Positions 9,025-16,213 of a stretch of DNA of 25,679 bases are shown here, in pieces (within the stretch, counting starts at the first letter, position 1; each line of letters begins with the position of its first letter). This DNA comes from Candidatus Heimdallarchaeota archaeon (GTDB lineage Archaea; Asgardarchaeota; Heimdallarchaeia; JABLTI01), in assembly GCA_019056785.1 (NCBI GenBank), contig DXJV01000013.1:1-25679 (forward strand), read 5' to 3'. The position numbers were made by a program, and so were the translations under genes. Below the pieces are notes generated by a model. The model was given only the letters and a program-made list of their open reading frames with translations, had not been told where the DNA came from and did no database searches.

Positions 9025-10047
9025 TTATTTACTAAGAATTTGCAATAGATTAGCAACAATTTTAGAATAGACAATTGAAGAGAGAGTTAATTCTTCTTTT
9101 CCACCTACTTTTCTGAAGACAATTTTCACTTCTTTTTCCTCCACTTGAATATGTTGTACAAACTTTATTGCTCGTGCAAATAGGCGTTCATCATCTGTTT
9201 GTATAATAAGTCGTTTTGTTGTTAGAAAGAGATTAAAAGGAGTGGATAAGTGAAATGCTCCACTACAACGTTCTATCCGCCCCCAGAACAGAACTGGCTC
9301 TGCTAAGGGGTCATAATCCGGGATATTCACTTTTAATTTATCTTCTACATCAATAATCGCTGATTCGCCTAGTATCCTTACTTTGCTTTCTAAGGAAGGC
9401 GTTTTTCCGTTAATTTTCCTCGTGGCTGCTACTAAGGTGAACATCTGTTGTATTATTCCTTTTGCAAACTTTAACATAACCTGTGACCCATTTGTCTCTT
9501 TTATGAAAAAGGCATCCCGTTCTCCAATAAGAAAGACCACCGGGATTTCACTCGAAATTACGTGGAGTTTAAGATCAAGTTCTTGACAAAGTTCTCGCAC
9601 TTTTCTTCCCATTTTTGCCAGTGGGTTCAGCCAGACATCTGTTACATCGCTCTTTCGCACCATGTTTATCATGGCGTTAATATTGTTAAAAATGGTCACT
9701 ACCGGTTCTGTTGTCCCATCTTGTTTTCTTGTTGTAAGTGTGTTCAATTTTGCTAGTACGTCTGTCATCTTCGCTGAAATTTCATCCAATGCTGTTGTTA
9801 TTGTTTCTACAGGTGATAGTGCGCGATAAAGCGCACCCTTTTCTGAGGTTATCTTTGTTATAAAGCCTTTTTCAACAAGCGCGTCTAATGTTTCATAGAC
9901 TTTTGCCCGAGGTACCGCTGATTTTTCTGCGATTACATATGCTGTTCCCTCTCCCAATGCAACCAGGGCAATATATACCATTGCCTGATATTTTGTTAGT
10001 CCTATTGTTGTCAGCCCGTCTATAATTGTTTCTTCTTCTTTAGCCAT
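9025..10047 (-). CDS. TrmB-family transcriptional regulator with atypical (PH/GRAM-like) C-terminal domain
   Basis: GLTKYQAMVYIALV...TAYVIAEKSAVPRAKVYETLDALVEKGFI...YRALSP matches the TrmB wHTH; coiled coil follows; C-terminal LFLTTKRLII. Confidence 0.85.
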   Translation of the reverse strand: MAKEEETIIDGLTTIGLTKYQAMVYIALVALGEGTAYVIAEKSAVPRAKVYETLDALVEKGFITKITSEKGALYRALSPVETITTALDEISAKMTDVLAKLNTLTTRKQDGTTEPVVTIFNNINAMINMVRKSDVTDVWLNPLAKMGRKVRELCQELDLKLHVISSEIPVVFLIGERDAFFIKETNGSQVMLKFAKGIIQQMFTLVAATRKINGKTPSLESKVRILGESAIIDVEDKLKVNIPDYDPLAEPVLFWGRIERCSGAFHLSTPFNLFLTTKRLIIQTDDERLFARAIKFVQHIQVEEKEVKIVFRKVGGKEELTLSSIVYSKIVANLLQILSK

Positions 10048-10107
10048 CGTTTTCAGCTTGTCTTTCTTTTTCTCTTACTTTTTTCTACTTTGTTATTATT
10101 AGAATAG

Positions 10108-10117
10108 GTTTATAAAC
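10108..10117. promoter_or_regulatory. Palindromic TATA box in a divergent intergenic region
   Basis: GTTTATAAAC reads TTTATAAA on both strands, ~60-70 nt from both flanking start codons. Confidence 0.5.
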
Positions 10118-10184
10118 GTAACCACCCAAGTAGTAACTATTTCATCTCTTGAAAAAAACTAAAAAATTAATTGTGTGAGGAAAA

Positions 10185-10895
10185 ATGACAGAAAGAAAAC
10201 GATATTTCACAGGGTTAACGGTCGTCGCGTTAGTCTTTACCTGTATATTATCAATTCCAACTTTGGCAGAAGGAGTTAATGTCGCTAAGAATTTAAATTA
10301 TGTTGCTTTAAATGAGACCTTAAATAATAAATCCTATGTTCATTTTTCACTCTATCTTTTAGAAAACAATGGCGTCTATATGAGTCTTTGGAGTGAACAA
10401 GCGAGCAACAGACAAGTAATCTTAGCGATCTTAACAGAAGATAATTTTAGTGCATGGATTTTTAATGGTGCACATGAGCCAACATTCAATGAGTCGTATT
10501 ATTATTTTAAGCAAGCAGAACTTGAGCTTTATAACTTAAAGTTTGTTGAAAATGAATACTATTTTATCATCTATAACAATAACACCGATGCGAGTTATAT
10601 TTCGTTTGAAGCAACAATACTACCTTGGGGGCACATCTTATCGACAGCAATCATTGGTTTCCCCTTTCTAATCTTTCTATCAATCTTTATTATAAAAATA
10701 CTCGCAACAGCAATCTACAATAGATCACTTACAATATCAACCACTAAGAAGGTCTCTGAAGAAGCAGAGAAAAGCAATAGTCTCCAACACAAAACAATAG
10801 AAGCAAAATTTTATTGCCCCTCCTGTGGAGCACCAATCAGCTCAAAAACCAAAGGAAACTTTTGTCCGCAATGTGGAGCAACAATAGAGGAATAA
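10185..10895 (+). CDS. Membrane protein: signal/TM, extracellular beta-sandwich, TM, cytoplasmic zinc ribbon
   Basis: C-terminal CPSCG...FCPQCG; two hydrophobic segments; GTGAGG RBS. Confidence 0.8.
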   Translation: MTERKRYFTGLTVVALVFTCILSIPTLAEGVNVAKNLNYVALNETLNNKSYVHFSLYLLENNGVYMSLWSEQASNRQVILAILTEDNFSAWIFNGAHEPTFNESYYYFKQAELELYNLKFVENEYYFIIYNNNTDASYISFEATILPWGHILSTAIIGFPFLIFLSIFIIKILATAIYNRSLTISTTKKVSEEAEKSNSLQHKTIEAKFYCPSCGAPISSKTKGNFCPQCGATIEE

Positions 10896-10973
10896 AACTC
10901 TCAAAGAAACAACTTCACTTTTTCTCTTTTTTTTATGTTACAAGTAACTATGATCTCAGTTTTTAAGAATTTA

Positions 10974-11432
10974 TTTATAATTCTCCGGCATTTCGAAAGC
11001 GCGGGAGATAGTTACTGCGATGAAATTAATACAGCAGAATCATTGCCAATCTTTAGCATGCCTAATGGAACAATTAGCGCAGCAACACTCGATTTCGATG
11101 CCTGGGTACCTAATGGCTGCACCATAGAATTCTTTATGTCAGCTGACAATGGACTCCATTGGGAAGCAGTAACACTTGGAATGTGGCTTAACTTTATGAA
11201 CACAAGTAGAGATCTTCACTAGAGAGCTGTCATAGATGGTGATACAGACCGAAGCGTCCACTTGTATCAAGTATCAATTTCATTTGTATTTGAATACGAA
11301 CGAGCATCCTGGTACACCTCAACACTCTTTATTGGTATTGTGGCAGAAGGCGGTGGTGAATTGCTTCTCATAGTCCTCATAATTGTCATTGCTGTTACAA
11401 TAAGTAAAAAGAAAAATCTACCAACTAGATAA
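10974..11432 (+). pseudogene. 5'-truncated paralog of the 3' end of the LVIVD surface protein gene
   Basis: IILRHFESAGDSY...MPNGTISAAT...MSADNGLHWE...DLH*(TAG 11220, W in the paralog)RAVIDGDTDRSVHL...IVIAVTISKKKNLPTR*; collinear with ~849-1307. Confidence 0.85.
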
Positions 11433-11448
11433 ATAATTGAATAAAGAG

Positions 11449-11489
11449 GAGATGATACTATAATCATCTCTTTCGACTCTTTTTTTTTC
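11449..11489. terminator. Stem-loop plus T-tract, homolog of the 1322 hairpin
   Basis: GAGATGAT-actata-ATCATCTC followed by a long T run; lies between convergent genes. Confidence 0.6.
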
Positions 11490-11540
11490 TTTAAATCTTA
11501 TTTGGATTTTAATAAACAATTAACTAGCTTTGTCTACAAA

Positions 11541-12227
11541 TTAACGAAAGTAATTTAGCAATGAATCAATAGACGAAACAACAAAATCAGGATTTAATTT
11601 TTTGACCAAGGTTTCTGGGTAATTATTTGTAGAAACTAAAATAGTTGCCATTTTAGCGGCTTTCCCTGCCAGAACGTCCGTTTGACTATCACCTATATAA
11701 ATGCATTTCTCTGGTGGAACCCCTAAAAGCTTTGCAGTATAAAGAAGTAAATCAGGAGCAGGTTTGTGGTTCTTAACTTCATAACCTGAAGCGATTACAT
11801 CGAAAAAATTTGCAAGCTTGAAGTGTTCCAAAGCTTCCATAATAAATGGTTTGTACTTAGTAGAAGCAAGGCCAATTTTGTAGTTGGCACGCTTTAAAGA
11901 GGAGAGAAGCTGCTTCACCCCTGGGAAAATTCTCACAAGTTCTAAATGATTCTTTGCATATATCTCCCGAATTTCTGAAACGAACTCTTTAATCTGTTCC
12001 TCAGTATAAGATGGCATAAATACTCGAAATAACTCCTCAATTGGGGTTCCAAAAAGCGTGGCAATTTTCTTTTTATTCGAAGGTATGCCTTTGGACTTGA
12101 GAAAAGTATAGACGGTTTCGATAATACCTTCTCGGGAATCAAGAAGAGTGCCATCAAGATCAAAAAGAAAAGCGTCCAAAGGTCTCTTCTTCAAAAATTC
12201 TCTAAAAGAAAACTCTGAAAAGATCAT
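11541..12227 (-). CDS. HAD-superfamily hydrolase (phosphoglycolate phosphatase/PpaX-like)
   Basis: Motif I FDLDGTLLDS, motif II ST, motif III KPAPD, motif IV YIGDSQTD; start uncertain (12227 or 12242). Confidence 0.9.
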   Translation of the reverse strand: MIFSEFSFREFLKKRPLDAFLFDLDGTLLDSREGIIETVYTFLKSKGIPSNKKKIATLFGTPIEELFRVFMPSYTEEQIKEFVSEIREIYAKNHLELVRIFPGVKQLLSSLKRANYKIGLASTKYKPFIMEALEHFKLANFFDVIASGYEVKNHKPAPDLLLYTAKLLGVPPEKCIYIGDSQTDVLAGKAAKMATILVSTNNYPETLVKKLNPDFVVSSIDSLLNYFR

Positions 12228-12451
12228 AAAAAGAAAAAACATTTCTCGTATATTAAAATGTAATTACAATTAAACAATTTATAGCTTGGCGCATTCTCAT
12301 AGATTATCTAAAAAGGAGAATAGCAAAAAACATAAACAACTTCGGAATCTGAAATGCCCTCAAGTTTAACTAAATTTAAAAATAAGGCAAGGCGATATTT
12401 TTTTTATTTTTCCATCTCGCATGTTATCCAATATTAATTACAGAAAAGTTG

Positions 12452-13224
12452 ATGATTTTGTCTAGTAAAAAGCATGTAATTATTATAATAAATGTTACAA
12501 CAATAGCAATTATAATTGCTATTGTTCTTGGGCTTGTTTTTTACGTCTGAAAGTTATTGACACAACACCGCCAGCTGTTGTGATTCATAGCCCAGAAGCA
12601 CAAGGCATTTATTATTCTCAGTTCCAAAATTTTCGGATCAAGGCGACTGATGATGTGGCAGTGGAAACGATCTGGTATTCATTGAATAGAGATAACAATA
12701 TCACTTATTACAGTATGGTTAGTCTCGCCTTTGCCAAAGGAATGAATACTCTGCAAGCCTGGACGAGAGACACTTCTGGAAACATTGGAACTATCTCAAT
12801 CACTTTTTATATATCAAGAGGGAATTTTATCACACGCTGGGATACAACGAACACCGCTTCTAACACCAGCGCTGAGAATCAGCTGCAGCTGCCACTGGAG
12901 CCCACCGGCGTGTATGATTTTCTCGTCGATTAGGGTGACGGTACAAGCGACCACATCACATCATGCGACCAGATAGCAACGCTGTATAATTATACAACTG
13001 CGGGCATTTACAAAATAAAAATCTCAGGTTTAATTAAAGGTTGGTGGTTTGCGTATAGTGGTAATTACGATGCTTTGCTTATTAGTTGGTCAGCTTTAAA
13101 TTTACAAAATGGTATTAGTTTTCATGGTGGCAACTCCAAATATAGCGCCGGCGCAGCAGCAACTGCGCGAGCGTATATCATTAGCACCTTTGGCTGGACG
13201 ATCATTGATGGAGGGCAAGTATAA
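12452..13224 (+). pseudogene. BspA/DUF285-type surface protein pseudogene (TM, Ig-like, PKD-like, C-terminal cap; repeats deleted)
   Basis: N-terminal TM ORF from ATG 12452; frameshift in T6 (12537-12542) into DTTPPAVVIHSP; FITRWDT; VD*GDG with TAG 12931 replacing W; frame continues ISGLIKGWWF...NYDALLISWSALNLQNGISFHGGNSKYS...FGWTIIDGGQV* (TAA 13222-13224). Confidence 0.8.
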
Positions 13225-13243
13225 GGTAAAAACTCTAAGTAAA

Positions 13244-13283
13244 TGGTATACCTCTTACGGAGCTATACCAGCTGTTTTTTTTT
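13244..13283 (+). terminator. Stem-loop plus T9 after the BspA pseudogene
   Basis: TGGTATAcCTC-ttacg-GAGcTATACCA followed by GCTG and T9. Confidence 0.55.
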
Positions 13284-13445
13284 CTTAAAAACATTGGAAG
13301 GTGGCTTTTCTTATTGCTCGAAAAATTTTTGAGTTGAATTGTTTTTTTTTGACTTGTCTTTACTCATTACTATCTATGATTTTGAGTCTAGACCAAGCAT
13401 TATTATTTAGGAAGTTATTTCCAAATAGAAATTATCCGGATTGAA

Positions 13446-15386
13446 ATGCTTATGATGTCTGTTGAAAAAATCTGTGAAATGTATGCTTTGAAAAACGCTT
13501 TGGAGTTTGGTAAAGCAGAAGTTAACCCTCTTATGCGAATAATCTTAGGAAAGCATTCCGAGTTGCGAACCAGAGCAAAAGAGGTTAAGGAAATCTTAGA
13601 ACGAGTTGTTGAAGAAATCAACAAATTGAAGAAAGAGGAAATTGAGAAAAGACTTTTGAAAAAATATCCTAAACTCCTTCAAGCAGAGAATTCAACAGTT
13701 GGCAAACAAGAACCAGAAATCGATTTTATTCGTGAAATGATTAATGAGGACATACGGACTGGTCGTTTTGGGGGGCGTGTCCACACTCGTTTCCCACCGG
13801 AACCTAATGGGTACCTTCATATTGGTCATGCAAAATCAATCAACCTTAATTATGGCATTGCACAAGATTACAATGGAAAATTCAATCTTCGCTTTGACGA
13901 TACCAATCCACTCACTGAAGAAGTGGAATATGTAAACAGTATTATTGAGGATGTTAAGTGGCTTGGCGCTGATTTTGAGGATCGATTATTCTTTGCCTCT
14001 GACTATTTTGATAAAATGTTCGAGTATGCACTTCAGCTTGTTGAAAAAGGTTTAGCATATGTCGATGACTCGAGTATTGAGCAAATACGAAAGGATCGAG
14101 GAACACTCACCCAGCCGGGAAAAGAAAGTCCTTATCGTAATCGCTCCATTGAAGAGAATAGAGATCTCTTTTTGCGTATGAAGAACGGAGAGTTTCCTGA
14201 GGGTTCAAAAGTCCTGCGAGCAAAAATTGATATGGCACATCCCAACTTGCTAATGCGCGACCCGATTATCTACAGGATTATTCATGCAAGCCATCATAGA
14301 ACAGGTGATAAATGGTGCATTTATCCGACCTACGACTGGGCGCATGGTTTGGAGGACTCAATTGAGGGTATAACTCATTCTATTTGTACTCTTGAGTTCG
14401 AGGTTCATAGGGAGTTGTATGACTGGTATTTGGACCAATTAACAGATGAAGAAGGAAAACCAATTTATCACCCTCAACAAATTGAATTCGCACGATTAAA
14501 TATCTCACATATTGTTCTTAGTAAAAGAAAGCAATTACGGCTGGTAAATGAAGGCTATGTTCGAGGTTGGGATGATCCTCGACTTTTAACTATTGCTGGT
14601 ATGCGTCGTGGGGGCATTACACCAGAAGCGATCAAGAAATTCACAGATCTCATCGGTGTCACGAAAAGAAATACCATCATCGATAGATCCATCTTCGACA
14701 AGTGCATCAGGGAGGATTTAGATGAACGTTGCTCTCGAGTTATGGCAGTATTACAGCCCTTAAAAGTTGTAATTACCAATTACCCAGAAAACAAAACCGA
14801 AACGCTCACCGCATCCAATCATCCCCGGAAAATAGAGATGGGTACGAGAAAAATAATCTTTACAAGAGAATTATATATCGAACGGGATGACTTTGCTGAG
14901 CAACCACCAAAAGGATTTAAACGCCTTTCGCCAGGGAAGGACGTACGATTGAAATATGCCTATATCATCAAATGTGAAAAAGTCATCAAAAATAAAAAAG
15001 GTGAAGTGATTGAGCTTCGTTGCAGCTATGACCCTGAATCAAAAAGCGGGGAAAAGGGCGAAGGACGAAAAGTGCAAGGAACAATCCATTGGCTTTCTGC
15101 TAAAAATGCAGCTAAAGCTGAAGTCCGCCTTTATGACCGGTTATTTTTAAAAGAAGATCCGCTCGAGACAGAAGAAGGAAAGGAATTCATTGACTATCTT
15201 AACCCAAATTCACTTACCATTGTAGGGGGCTTTGTAGAAGCACACCTCAAAAAAGCTGCCCCCGGCTCGAGGTACCAATTCGAACGATTAGGCTATTTTA
15301 ACATCGATCCTGTCGACTCGAGTGCGAACCATTTAGTTTTCAACAGAATTATTACCTTGAAGGATACATGGGCAAAGAACACTTAA
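13446..15386 (+). CDS. glnS: Glutamine--tRNA ligase (GlnRS) with archaeal GluRS-like N-terminal domain
   Basis: DFIREMINED, VHTRFPPEPNGYLHIGHAKS (HIGH), LRFDDTNP, WCIYPTYDW, HSICTLEF (Cys as in GlnRS, not the GluRS HxxRG), PQQIEFARL, LSKRK, GWDDPR, YQFERLGYF, VFNRIITLKDTW. Confidence 0.93.
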   Translation: MLMMSVEKICEMYALKNALEFGKAEVNPLMRIILGKHSELRTRAKEVKEILERVVEEINKLKKEEIEKRLLKKYPKLLQAENSTVGKQEPEIDFIREMINEDIRTGRFGGRVHTRFPPEPNGYLHIGHAKSINLNYGIAQDYNGKFNLRFDDTNPLTEEVEYVNSIIEDVKWLGADFEDRLFFASDYFDKMFEYALQLVEKGLAYVDDSSIEQIRKDRGTLTQPGKESPYRNRSIEENRDLFLRMKNGEFPEGSKVLRAKIDMAHPNLLMRDPIIYRIIHASHHRTGDKWCIYPTYDWAHGLEDSIEGITHSICTLEFEVHRELYDWYLDQLTDEEGKPIYHPQQIEFARLNISHIVLSKRKQLRLVNEGYVRGWDDPRLLTIAGMRRGGITPEAIKKFTDLIGVTKRNTIIDRSIFDKCIREDLDERCSRVMAVLQPLKVVITNYPENKTETLTASNHPRKIEMGTRKIIFTRELYIERDDFAEQPPKGFKRLSPGKDVRLKYAYIIKCEKVIKNKKGEVIELRCSYDPESKSGEKGEGRKVQGTIHWLSAKNAAKAEVRLYDRLFLKEDPLETEEGKEFIDYLNPNSLTIVGGFVEAHLKKAAPGSRYQFERLGYFNIDPVDSSANHLVFNRIITLKDTWAKNT

Positions 15387-15419
15387 CCTTCTCTAAAAGA
15401 AAAAAAAGAACGAAGAGAT

Positions 15420-15794
15420 TCAGGTATTGGGAACATAAATATCATGAATCTCTATGGGAATTGCCAATTCAAAGGATCCAATTTGAATTGTCACTTCACC
15501 ATTAATGATGCCCACATGTAACTGGTTCTTTATATAATATTCGTCATATAATCAAATGCCTTGTTCAATATTGCTTTCTGAAAAAGTAAAACTTTCTTGG
15601 AGAGAACCTTCTCCAGAAATTGTTCGTGGGGCTGCAGTCCAGTTGAAGTCTAAAGGTGTCAGAGAAATATTCGTTAGAATAGTATAGTCCCAAGTAGCTA
15701 CAAATGGAATCTCATAATAAGCACCATCGCCATCATCATAAACTAGAAACCCAGTAAAAGAAGTAATATTTATTTCAAAATTAACAAGGTTATA
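15420..15794 (-). pseudogene. 3' remnant of a secreted beta-rich protein gene, not in the ORF track
   Basis: Minus frame YNLVNFEINITSFTGFLVYDDGDGAYYEIPF...QGI*(TGA 15552-15554)LYDEYYIKNQLHVGIINGEVTIQIGSFELAIPIEIHDIYVPNT*; ~124 codons with one internal stop and no start codon. Confidence 0.6.
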
Positions 15795-16120
15795 ACAATA
15801 TGATTTATCTCACTTTTAGTGAAGAAATGAATAGTTTGAAGGCGTGGGCAAAAGACACTTCAGGAAATATCAGCACGGCAACAGCCACTTTTTATGTCTC
15901 GAGACCCAATTTCACCACATAATGTGACACGAAAAATACTTCTCCAGGTTCGAGTGCTGAGAATCAGCTGTAACTGCCGTTGGAACCCATCGGCGTGTAT
16001 AATTTTCTCATCGATTGGCGTGATGGTACAAGCGGCCGCATCACTTTTTGGAACCAAGCTACAACAGTTCATAACTATGACCTATGCAGGAATTCATAAA
16101 TACCACTTTTAAGGCATATA
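15791..16120 (+). pseudogene. Second, more decayed BspA/DUF285-type fragment
   Basis: MNSLKAWAKDTSGNISTATATFYVSRPNFTT*CDTKNTSPGSSAENQL*LPLEPIGVYNFLIDWRDGTS, collinear with ~12706-13020; stops at 15920 and 15971; frameshift near 16080. Confidence 0.8.
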
Positions 16121-16161
16121 CATTTTAAGGCGTTTAAACCAACATTTTGTTTTTAATTGCA

Positions 16162-16177
16162 AAAGAAAAATTTAAAA
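16162..16177 (+). promoter_or_regulatory. BRE/TATA promoter of the tRNA gene
   Basis: Purine-rich AAAGAAAAA followed by TTTAAAA, ~40 nt upstream of the mature 5' end. Confidence 0.55.
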
Positions 16178-16213
16178 CAGAGTGAGAAACTACAAAAGTG
16201 ATAACGAAACCAT

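Noticed and set aside
2332-15554. In-frame stops at probable Trp positions (TGA 2332, TAG 11220, TAG 12931, TGA 15552) suggesting stop-codon recoding, Sec or Pyl
   Set aside because: TGG to TAG/TGA is a single transition and a common nonsense mutation. The same loci also have frameshifts, TAA stops or truncations, and intact genes here terminate with TGA (hdrC, mvhD, 1372) and TAG (3990).
15860-16112. ORFs 15860-16072(-), 15894-16112(+) and 12785-12976(+)
   Set aside because: Off-frame or antisense readings of the BspA pseudogene copies; their mutual similarity just reflects the DNA-level duplication
849-16120. Diverged repeat pairs as template/variable repeats of a diversity-generating retroelement, or a CRISPR array
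   Set aside because: Differences are not adenine-specific and are often synonymous; no reverse transcriptase, cas genes or regularly spaced short repeats seen
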